23,389 bases of DNA from a virus. The notes beneath the pieces were generated by a model that saw only the letters and a program-made list of their open reading frames with translations, was not told the DNA's origin and did not search any database. The position numbers and the translations under genes are program-made. This document shows positions 15,305 through 22,231 of this stretch, in pieces; position 1 is the stretch's first letter, and each line of letters begins with the position of its first letter. The stretch is from IMG/VR virus record IMGVR_UViG_3300037307_000339. One strand, written 5' to 3'.

Positions 15305-16555
15305 TCACTTTGTCTCACTGGCGTTTGCAGTCTCACCCGTAAAAAAGCTTACAATCTGCGAAACGCCCGTGAGTGTCTCAATCACATTTGGACGCTTAAT
15401 GGTACTTCCCACGATAAACAAGTTGATGTCAGCGTCCTTAGGTTGCAGGTACACCCTAATTAGCTTGTCATCGGCTGAATAGTTTCTTTTGATCTGGTCC
15501 GGAGGAGATATTGTATCACGAGATAGAGCCGTGACAGTAGTCTTAACCGTCCTATTGAGCGACGGACTCCACACATCCACCTCTTCACCAACCTGTGGGA
15601 CTCGTGCAGCGGGGTTATAGTATAGCACCAGTTTCATAGAGTCATTCTCGACGATGTTAAAAATCTCATCTCCAGCGACTCTCTCGCCAGCGTGATGGGT
15701 AATGGATGAAACGATACCCGACACAGGGCTAGTGATTTCCCCTTCAGTAATCTTTTCTTCAAGACGCTTCTTCTCGTTTTTGAGAAACTCAAGCTTCTTA
15801 GTCAATGGGATAATCTGGGATGAGCCATCGTCATCTACGGTGGAACGAGACCTTTCGAGACGAGACTGCATCGCCGTAATGGTGTTCGTCTTTCCTGTGA
15901 TTAATGCTTGCGATTGTGCGACATCGGCCTCTGCTTTATCCAAGTCAAGTTGGCTTACGGCACCCTGACCTCTGAGTAGTTTAATACGAGTCAGATGGCT
16001 CTTCTGAAGCATTAGTTTCGCTTTGATCTCTGCCAGTTGTCCTTCTTCCGACATAAGCTGACTAGTCGCCTCATAAAACGTGTCATTGTTACGACCACGA
16101 TTCCAACGATTCTCGCTTTCTTTAGCAGTTATCTCCGATTGGGTAACTTGAATTTCGTCTTCCAGTTTGAACAGATCTCGATAGTCATTAGAGTTAATGA
16201 TTTTGGCAACAAAACGACCAGAAGCAATAGGCATCCCTTCAGTTACTTCCAGCCTTTGCACTTTGCCCTCAATGGGTGAGTAAACACCCACCACATTGGC
16301 AGAGACTACACCATAGGACTCATAGCGGAAGTAGATGTTCCACACGTTGTATGACCCAACACTCAACGCTGCAAGGACAGCAGCGATTACCAACTTCTTT
16401 CCTTTCCTAGGCGGAATTTGACCTGGTGCAGTGTAGTTCATTGCGGATTGTGGTACAAGCTCTGGGATTGCAAGCTCCGTTCCTGCTTGCTCTTGTAGGT
16501 AAGATGAAGTCTTCAATGCATAGTCATTCTTGGGAAACCTTTTAAGGTTGCTCAC
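15305..16555 (-). CDS. HlyD-family membrane fusion protein (periplasmic adaptor)
   Basis: GTG start with AAGGAGA SD. One N-terminal TM (LVIAAVLAALSVGSYNVWNIYF). Lipoyl-like half-motifs YSPIEGKVQRLEVTEGMPIASG and ITSPVSGIVSSITHHAGERVAGDEIF flank a long coiled coil. Confidence 0.8.
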   Translation of the reverse strand: MSNLKRFPKNDYALKTSSYLQEQAGTELAIPELVPQSAMNYTAPGQIPPRKGKKLVIAAVLAALSVGSYNVWNIYFRYESYGVVSANVVGVYSPIEGKVQRLEVTEGMPIASGRFVAKIINSNDYRDLFKLEDEIQVTQSEITAKESENRWNRGRNNDTFYEATSQLMSEEGQLAEIKAKLMLQKSHLTRIKLLRGQGAVSQLDLDKAEADVAQSQALITGKTNTITAMQSRLERSRSTVDDDGSSQIIPLTKKLEFLKNEKKRLEEKITEGEITSPVSGIVSSITHHAGERVAGDEIFNIVENDSMKLVLYYNPAARVPQVGEEVDVWSPSLNRTVKTTVTALSRDTISPPDQIKRNYSADDKLIRVYLQPKDADINLFIVGSTIKRPNVIETLTGVSQIVSFFTGETANASETK

Positions 16556-16565
16556 AGATGTCTCC

Positions 16566-17036
16566 TTATCGAGTTAGGATGATTGAGAATACCGATTGGG
16601 TTGTAATGGCTTTTGGAATCTCACGACTGCCTGTTGCAACGGGAGTCTCGAGAGTTTTAGGAACGAGATTGATCGACACTTGGGTGGCTTCTCCAGGATT
16701 GCCGTCGCCAGTGATGATTTCAAATTTAAATGCACCCGTTTGATCAAACAAAGTATCAGGTGCTGAGTACCAAGGTTTAGTATACCATGCGTCAGTGTAT
16801 GACAGAACTACAACCTTGTAGCAGCAAGGATGCGCATTTACAACAACTCCTTCCCAAGGCTTTAATGAGCCCTTTTCTGGAATCGTTGTGAGAACGATAT
16901 GCGGTCCAGCCTTAACGTCTGCCGTATAATGGGCGTCAAGACTCTGGGCTGGCAACCTAAATGTCCACGACGGGTCCGCTTGTGCGCTTGCAAGTACTAC
17001 ACAAAATGGGATACTGATGAGTGTTTTGAATTTCAT
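16566..17036 (-). CDS. Sec-secreted protein (156 aa)
   Basis: Signal peptide MKFKTLISIPFCVVLASAQA/DP. AAGGAG SD upstream. The mature part looks beta-rich. It lies 10 nt upstream of the MFP gene. Confidence 0.65.
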   Translation of the reverse strand: MKFKTLISIPFCVVLASAQADPSWTFRLPAQSLDAHYTADVKAGPHIVLTTIPEKGSLKPWEGVVVNAHPCCYKVVVLSYTDAWYTKPWYSAPDTLFDQTGAFKFEIITGDGNPGEATQVSINLVPKTLETPVATGSREIPKAITTQSVFSIILTR

Positions 17037-17074
17037 AATAATCTCCTTATGTTACCAACAACAATAAGTCTATG

Positions 17075-17653
17075 TTACCTACTCCCCAATGTCAAGTGTT
17101 TAGCATAAAAATCTACGCCGGTTGGATTTTTAATACTCACCAGATCAACCTCTCCAACCGATTCAATTCTAGGCGATGCTGGCATAAAAGTGGTTTTCAA
17201 TTCTCGATAAATGATTCGCCACAACTCGTTATGATGATGTCTCATTTTGGACTTTTTAGGTACTCTATCATAATACTGCAATATCTTCGTTGGAAACCAC
17301 GATTCTTGAAGTGAGATAGATTCAAAGATGTGCGCCAGTTCGTGACAGATGAGTGCGATAAGAAGTTCGAGACCGCTACCTGTGAATGTTCCGATGATTG
17401 GATCATCCTTTACTCTTTTGAAGCTTTCGTAAAAGGTTCCACCCGTATCCCAGGTAACGAGTGTATCATAAAGAGAAAAAAAGGCATTGTATTTAAGTTG
17501 GCTACCGCTTACGCTACTAGTAGAATACCTGCTAGAGAATGACCATCTCGTATTGACGATAAGGATGGGGATATCATATACAACGCATCCCCATCTTATG
17601 ATGTCTTCCATCTTCTCAGTAAGACATCGAACTATGGCGTTGGGTCTATCCAT
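17075..17653 (-). CDS. HExxH zinc-metallopeptidase-like protein (SprT-like layout)
   Basis: LLIALICHELAHIFE carries the HExxH motif. About 190 aa. It overlaps the upstream ORF by 22 nt. Confidence 0.55.
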   Translation of the reverse strand: MDRPNAIVRCLTEKMEDIIRWGCVVYDIPILIVNTRWSFSSRYSTSSVSGSQLKYNAFFSLYDTLVTWDTGGTFYESFKRVKDDPIIGTFTGSGLELLIALICHELAHIFESISLQESWFPTKILQYYDRVPKKSKMRHHHNELWRIIYRELKTTFMPASPRIESVGEVDLVSIKNPTGVDFYAKHLTLGSR

Positions 17654-17910
17654 CCTGGTGTTCTTTTCTTTCGGAGTATGAGTGGCTCAACACTTGCCTC
17701 TTTTGCAACTCTTCCACTAGCAACACAGAATTCGCCATCTTGTTCGACCTCCTTCAGCAATTCAAGAACTTCATCTTCTCTTATAGTCTCAAAATCAAAA
17801 TAACCTCGAAGAAGTTGGATGTGACACATGAAGTCTTGAAGAGTGCAGTCATGTTTAACGATAAGAATTTCTTGGATTTGATCAACATCTAATCGCACGG
17901 TACACCTCAA
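17632..17910 (-). CDS. small acidic protein (88-92 aa; non-ATG start)
   Basis: ORF track. It uses a TTG start (overlapping the radical SAM stop as TTGA) or a GTG at 17898 preceded by GAGGTG. Confidence 0.45.
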   Translation of the reverse strand: MRCTVRLDVDQIQEILIVKHDCTLQDFMCHIQLLRGYFDFETIREDEVLELLKEVEQDGEFCVASGRVAKEASVEPLILRKKRTPGWIDPTP

Positions 17911-19328
17911 TACACAGTGAACTTCTGTAGGAATTGACTGAAGTCGTCGTATGGGAAAGGAGCCATCTCATTAGGAGCATACGATGAGGGACCAATCTCT
18001 TGTTTTACTCCATCGATGTAGCAAGAAAACTTACCTTCTTCTGGAGTAAAGAAAATTTCATCAATGCCTTCTTCTCTAAAGGCGTCCTGATACTTCTGTA
18101 CGATAAGCGTGTCTACACCAATGGTAACATAGTCACCATGATGACGAGCCTTCTTGACCATTTCGATCCAGTCAAACTTATAAGGTTGGCGATGATCGGC
18201 GAACTTCTCTCCTCTACCTGTAGGCTTAAAACCGAGGATTGTTAGTGCTAGGTTGTGGTATGCACACTCTTTCAAGATGTGCGGGAAAGACCAATCACTC
18301 ACAACGCCGTCGATGACTTGAACCTGAACTCGGCTTCTGTCGATTCCGTACTTTTCGAGAAGGAAGCCTAATTCGCGAACCTCACGATTGTTATTTACTG
18401 AGAATGCAAATCCGCCTGCATACGACAGGATTTCATTTCGGCGAGTGTCATTCTTTAGCCAGTCTAAGGTCTTAGTTGTGAAGTTGGGAATCACATAGTT
18501 CCATCGACAAGTCCTCAATATCTTTTCAAAATCAGGGTGGGCTGTTGGTTCTCCACCACCGAGAGCCACCTCAAATATCTGATACTTCTTTAGCATATAA
18601 ATGACGTTGTTGATGTAGTTGGTATTGCCATGCTCTCCATTCTTAGTGCTACCCTGATAACAAAACGAGCAACGCTTATCGCAGAAGTCAGTGATCTTGA
18701 GATCTACCAATTCAGGTGCGAAAGCCTTAGTAATCTTGTCTTGCTTGGGGCTTAAGAACAAGCGTATCTTGTTGCCATTGTCTCGATTGAACAGAGTCCA
18801 ATAGCCGTTTAGCGGGTCCTTACGAGCAACGAGATTGACAGTAGAACCGTCATAGAGTAGCGGAAGGACAAATGGCTCATACTTGTGAGCTAGACTATGC
18901 TTTTGGTTGGTGTTGTCATTTCCACCTATGATGACTAAATGCTTTTGCAGCAGAAATTCTTTGTACTCATTGAAGAAGTCAACATCCATGCCAACACCTT
19001 CCCATGTTTTCGGCATTACAGGCATACTCTGGTGATCAATGCCAAGGCATTGATGTAGATCGTTGATATCAATATTCAGCCATGCTTTGATCAAGTCACG
19101 AGTGGCTAATCTGCTGATGATAGGGTCTAGGTGGTGCATTACGATAGAAGCAAGATACTGTCGCTTTGCTTGGTCACTGGCCGCGGTAAAAAAGTCCCAA
19201 CCAAAGCAATCGCTAAGATTGTCCTTGGCTGTACTTTTTTCTTTGGTGATGATGATGGAATGGGTCGATGAACTGTTTGTAGCGAACCCATAACGAACTG
19301 ACTTGACATGACTCATTGAGTACCTCAC
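17907..19328 (-). CDS. radical SAM enzyme with ~200-aa N-terminal extension
   Basis: FCDKRCSFCY is a CX3CX2C cluster motif, and ALGGGEPTAHPDF is a GGE SAM-binding motif. There is no Cys-rich SPASM tail. It is the first gene after the promoter at 19353-19381. Confidence 0.8.
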   Translation of the reverse strand: MRYSMSHVKSVRYGFATNSSSTHSIIITKEKSTAKDNLSDCFGWDFFTAASDQAKRQYLASIVMHHLDPIISRLATRDLIKAWLNIDINDLHQCLGIDHQSMPVMPKTWEGVGMDVDFFNEYKEFLLQKHLVIIGGNDNTNQKHSLAHKYEPFVLPLLYDGSTVNLVARKDPLNGYWTLFNRDNGNKIRLFLSPKQDKITKAFAPELVDLKITDFCDKRCSFCYQGSTKNGEHGNTNYINNVIYMLKKYQIFEVALGGGEPTAHPDFEKILRTCRWNYVIPNFTTKTLDWLKNDTRRNEILSYAGGFAFSVNNNREVRELGFLLEKYGIDRSRVQVQVIDGVVSDWSFPHILKECAYHNLALTILGFKPTGRGEKFADHRQPYKFDWIEMVKKARHHGDYVTIGVDTLIVQKYQDAFREEGIDEIFFTPEEGKFSCYIDGVKQEIGPSSYAPNEMAPFPYDDFSQFLQKFTVY

Positions 19329-19352
19329 ATAGTAACCTTACATTATGCGCAT

Positions 19353-19381
19353 AGTATAGCCGTAAACAAGCAAGGTGTCAA
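19353..19381 (-). promoter_or_regulatory. sigma70-consensus promoter of the radical SAM / polysaccharide operon
   Basis: TTGACA(19381..19376)-17 bp-TATACT(19358..19353), followed by ATGCGCATAATG...GAGGTACTCAATG. Confidence 0.65.
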
Positions 19382-19394
19382 GGACTTTTGACGG

Positions 19395-19468
19395 TGCCGC
19401 GAGATGGATTCGAACCAATCACTGGCGGGACTGGTGCGCCCCTGCCTCTTCCTTTGGGCTATCGCGGT
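19395..19468 (-). tRNA. tRNA-like sequence with non-canonical anticodon arm (possible pseudogene)
   Basis: Acceptor ACCGCGA/TCGCGGC pairs at 6 of 7 positions with an A1xC72 mismatch. The T loop is TTCGAAT but its stem has a bulged base. The anticodon region GGGGC-GCACCA-GTCCC gives only a 6-nt loop, or a 7-nt loop lacking U33. Confidence 0.35.
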
Positions 19469-19546
19469 CTTGACCGATTACGAAATGAACAACACGAGGT
19501 TCAGGTTATCTCCGTTGATTCAATTTTCAGAGCTCATCAGTAGAAT

Positions 19547-19783
19547 TTAGTCTCTGGATAACACATCCCTTTCGCATTTGGTTTTAAGATCGATAGTATA
19601 CGTTTGACTTTGGTGTCCTAACTCGGGATCCTTAACAGTAACCAGGTTGTGCTTAAAGAACATGAAGTTCTCTTTGCCACGAGCAACCTTAGTCACTGCA
19701 TTGTACTCATCGAGTTTGGTCAGTGTCTTTCCTGCGAACTCGAAGTCATCGCTAATGTTCAATCCACCAAATCGCTTTTTCAT
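19547..19783 (-). CDS. hypothetical protein (78 aa)
   Basis: ORF track. The ATG directly abuts the upstream TAA. Confidence 0.55.
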   Translation of the reverse strand: MKKRFGGLNISDDFEFAGKTLTKLDEYNAVTKVARGKENFMFFKHNLVTVKDPELGHQSQTYTIDLKTKCERDVLSRD

Positions 19784-20080
19784 TTAAGCCACCAATGGAG
19801 GGAGAGGGTTATTGTTGAAAGGAGGGAAAGAGGGTGGCAATTTCTCCGTGTGGAGAATTACGAACATACCCGGCGGTCTCATGTTCTGAAACCTAAAGCG
19901 CATTCCTTCACGAGTAAACAAGTCTAGGTCTGAAGTTGTTTTTGCAGAAACAGGGGCAGCCTTCCTTGTCTTGTCTGCCATCTCTTCCAATGAGACAACC
20001 CATTCGTCCTTGAGAGCTTGGACTACAACCTCTTGCTTCTTTCTTTTTTGTCTGAATGCGTCTAAGTCAACGACAATCAT
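19784..20080 (-). CDS. hypothetical protein with Pro-rich C-terminus (98 aa)
   Basis: ORF track. ATGA overlap with the upstream gene. Confidence 0.55.
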   Translation of the reverse strand: MIVVDLDAFRQKRKKQEVVVQALKDEWVVSLEEMADKTRKAAPVSAKTTSDLDLFTREGMRFRFQNMRPPGMFVILHTEKLPPSFPPFNNNPLPPLVA

Positions 20081-20376
20081 TTGATCTCAATTCCTCTGAA
20101 ATGAGCGAACAGGACATGGTGGGTTGCTTGAGCCTTTTGGAGTGCAGAGGTCATGGCCATCATTGCTTGTGACAATGAGGTCATCGACTCGACCAGACGG
20201 TTGATTTGTTCTGATTGCTTTTGGAGAGTATCGTGAACAAGTCGGTTGATTCGGTCTTGCTCTTCTTGCTTTGTCACCACTTCATTCAATGCCAAGGCAA
20301 GTACAGCAACGATAGGATCAGTTTTGATCCTCTCAAGCATCTCTTCAAAACGGAATTTGAATGGTAGATTGTCCAT
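20077..20376 (-). CDS. hypothetical coiled-coil protein (99 aa from ATG 20376; the track ORF extends to 20475)
   Basis: GAGG SD 8 nt upstream of the ATG at 20376 (MDNLPFKF...). The C-terminal half is heptad-like and Gln/Leu-rich. Confidence 0.55.
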   Translation of the reverse strand: MDNLPFKFRFEEMLERIKTDPIVAVLALALNEVVTKQEEQDRINRLVHDTLQKQSEQINRLVESMTSLSQAMMAMTSALQKAQATHHVLFAHFRGIEIK

Positions 20377-20641
20377 AGTATACCTCACGATAAGAGAAAG
20401 GAAAGATGACAAGATAACTGAGACAAGATCGCCCAAAGCGATATTTATATCAAATAAATGTAGTCCCAGAAGCATTCATCTTTTTCATTACTTAGCGTTT
20501 GTGGGCAGTATGGTAGCGATGGCTTGTGTCGATCAAGCGTTCTCCAGTTTATGAAACTGTTTGAGAAGCCGTCCTCCCCATCGCCATAAGTGAGTCTTTC
20601 CTGTAGGTCTCGATCATCTTTTCTTTGCTCGGTTGTTTCCC

Positions 20642-20992
20642 CTATTCGAGCTCTAAGATCGGTGTTTGCGTGATCTCACTCAAAAACAACGACAAAGTAT
20701 CTTCTCCAATGTAGTAAGATAGATGGGCTCTTGCTCGAATGACGTTCTGTCTAGCGAAAGCTACCGTTGCTTCTTTGATACCTGCTCTAGTAAAATCGTC
20801 AATATCCTTAACGCATGACACTAGGATACGAGCCGTCTGCATGATCTGTCCGAATAAGAGATTAATGTCATCATTTAGGTACTGCTTGAGCGATGGATGC
20901 GATGTCTTGGCATCATTCAAAACATAGTGCAAGCTTTCGATTGGACCAAGTTTCCTTCGTGCATCACGATAGATTTCAATATACGCGGCCAT
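20642..20992 (-). CDS. hypothetical protein (116 aa)
   Basis: ORF track only. No clear SD. Confidence 0.5.
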   Translation of the reverse strand: MAAYIEIYRDARRKLGPIESLHYVLNDAKTSHPSLKQYLNDDINLLFGQIMQTARILVSCVKDIDDFTRAGIKEATVAFARQNVIRARAHLSYYIGEDTLSLFLSEITQTPILELE

Positions 20993-21129
20993 TTCAGTAG
21001 CAATCCTATGATGTCAATGATTTGCCCTACCACAATGAGCACACAACCAACCTGTATCCAAAAGGCACTAGTTTTTGATGCTCTCCAACTTTTGGTTAAC
21101 TTCATTTTCAAGAATTTAAATGCACTCAT
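20917..21129 (-). CDS. possible small membrane protein (70 aa)
   Basis: ORF track. It has one hydrophobic segment (FWIQVGCVLIVVGQIIDIIGLLL). Its 3' 76 nt overlap the next ORF, so the true extent is uncertain. Confidence 0.35.
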   Translation of the reverse strand: MSAFKFLKMKLTKSWRASKTSAFWIQVGCVLIVVGQIIDIIGLLLKWPRILKSIVMHEGNLVQSKACTMF

Positions 21130-21168
21130 CTAAGGGCATTCTACTTATATCCGTGTGGTTGACAAGTT

Positions 21169-21290
21169 GTTTATAAAACATTCTTCTTTCGCTCTACCTC
21201 TAAGCTACCTCGGCATTGAAGTAGAGCCGAGGACGGGATTTAAACCCATAACTAAAAGTTTGAATACGAATGTAGTTTTATACAGCATTC
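21169..21290 (-). ncRNA. tRNA-shaped RNA with capped acceptor stem and open anticodon position (permuted-tRNA / YrlA-like Y RNA topology)
   Basis: Read on the minus strand, the order is as follows. Leader helix strand TATAAAA-CTA-CATTC (21282..21268), then ATTCAAA, then CTTTT, then AGTT, then T arm ATGGG-TTTAAAT-CCCGT. Next comes CCTCGGC (21232..21226), an 11-nt cap, then GCCGAGG (21214..21208), then TA and D arm GCTT-AGAGGTA-GAGC. It ends with GAAAG, then AA, then trailer helix strand GAATG-TTTTATA (21183..21172). Confidence 0.55.
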
Positions 21291-21301
21291 AACCCTATTG
21301 A

Positions 21302-21380
21302 TGGATACCCCTGTAGGTTTTGAACTTGCGACCTTTCGGTTCGTAGCCGAATACTCTAAGTCCACTGAGCTAAGAGGGTA
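21302..21380 (-). tRNA. tRNA-Arg(ACG)
   Basis: TACCCTC-TT-AGCTCAGTGGACTTAGAGT-A-TTCGG-CTACGAA-CCGAA-AGGTC-GCAAG-TTCAAAA-CCTAC-AGGGGTA-T-CCA. The D and anticodon arms closely resemble E. coli tRNA-Arg(ACG). The T stem is weak. Confidence 0.8.
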
Positions 21381-21384
21381 AAAT

Positions 21385-21456
21385 TGGTGGAGGATCCGGG
21401 TGTTGATCCCGGCAAGGAAGGATTGCAAATCGTTCCTGAGCCCCGACTCATCCCCC
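21385..21456 (-). tRNA. tRNA-Ala(UGC)-like with reduced D arm and non-canonical T loop
   Basis: GGGGGAT/ATCCTCC acceptor containing G3.U70, discriminator A and an encoded CCA. Anticodon arm AACGA-TTTGCAA-TCCTT. T arm CCGGG-ATCAACA-CCCGG. Only 15 nt lie between the acceptor and the anticodon stem. Confidence 0.5.
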
Positions 21457-21588
21457 ATTCGTTTAAATTACTCGACCCTTTCTCCATCCTTCTAGAATGG
21501 GGCTTTCAATTTGCACGTTCATCCGTGATCCCTATCGTTCCGAACAATGCAGATGTAGTCCTACAAAGCATTCGATTTGGTTATTTAG

Positions 21589-21664
21589 TGGTAGCGAGTA
21601 GAGGAATCGAACCTCTCTAGACAGGATTATGAGACCTGTAAGCTCACCAAAACTTGAACTCGCA
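21589..21664 (-). tRNA. tRNA with CAU anticodon (Met, or Ile2 if lysidinylated)
   Basis: TGCGAGT-TC-AAGT-TTTGGTGA-GCTT-A-CAGGT-CTCATAA-TCCTG-TCTAG-AGAGG-TTCGATT-CCTCT-ACTCGCT-A-CCA. There are U1xU72 and 31-39 mismatches. It lacks the three G-C pairs typical of initiator tRNA. Confidence 0.75.
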
Positions 21665-21670
21665 ATAAAT

Positions 21671-21745
21671 TGGTAGCCAGTGAGTGAATCGAACACTCGA
21701 CAACCTCGGTGTAAACGAGACGCTCTACCTCTGAGCTAACCGGCT
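21671..21745 (-). tRNA. tRNA-Val(UAC)
   Basis: AGCCGGT-TA-GCTC-AGAGGTA-GAGC-G-TCTCG-TTTACAC-CGAGG-TTGTC-GAGTG-TTCGATT-CACTC-ACTGGCT-A-CCA. Confidence 0.9.
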
Positions 21746-21979
21746 AAAAACGCCGACATAAAATTTCGAGACTTATATCTAGGAAAGGTGATGTAGTCCC
21801 GATGGCATTCGGCATAATCTTACTTATTAATACTCGTCATTCTCGTAGGCATAATACCGATCATTCCAGCGTCAACAGAATAGTCGTTTCCGTCAGAGCG
21901 GACGTAAGTGCTATTACCCTATTGTCAGCCCACACCTGGATAGTCCTAAATCACCTTACGCTGTTTACATTGTTTTCAC

Positions 21980-22008
21980 AATATAGCAGCATCCTTGCTG
22001 CCTGTCAA
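21980..22008 (-). promoter_or_regulatory. sigma70-consensus promoter upstream of the 21745-21180 tRNA island
   Basis: TTGACA(22008..22003)-17 bp-TATATT(21985..21980), immediately after the stop of the 22012-22221 gene. Confidence 0.6.
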
Positions 22009-22011
22009 GCC

Positions 22012-22221
22012 TTACTTAACCTTAACGATTATCCCGTTCTCAACCACGCAACTAGCATACCAGCGATGGGGTTCAGGATAATGTGGTCCCTCAATGTTGA
22101 TCGTACCATTCTTCGGCTCATTGCCACCAAACAGACCGGGCTGGTAGTACGTCACCTGTTCACCCGCAGCAACCGCTTCTTTCAGGGCTTTTTTCGTCTT
22201 AAAATTCCGACTCGTATACAT
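22012..22221 (-). CDS. hypothetical protein (69 aa)
   Basis: ORF track. GAGGTAA SD upstream of the ATG. Confidence 0.6.
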   Translation of the reverse strand: MYTSRNFKTKKALKEAVAAGEQVTYYQPGLFGGNEPKNGTINIEGPHYPEPHRWYASCVVENGIIVKVK

Positions 22222-22231
22222 TTAGATTACC

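Noticed and set aside
21138-21165. TTGTCA-16 bp-TAGAAT as a promoter for the 20917-21129 ORF
   Set aside because: The hexamers are acceptable, but the predicted start would fall 1-3 nt from the ATG, giving a leaderless transcript. The ORF itself is weak. The sequence also overlaps the trailer of the tRNA-shaped element.
21208-21232. Hairpin CCTCGGC-11 nt-GCCGAGG as an intrinsic terminator
   Set aside because: It is not followed by a T-run on either strand. Both arms are flanked by canonical T-arm and D-arm sequences, so it is better explained as the capped acceptor stem of the tRNA-shaped element.
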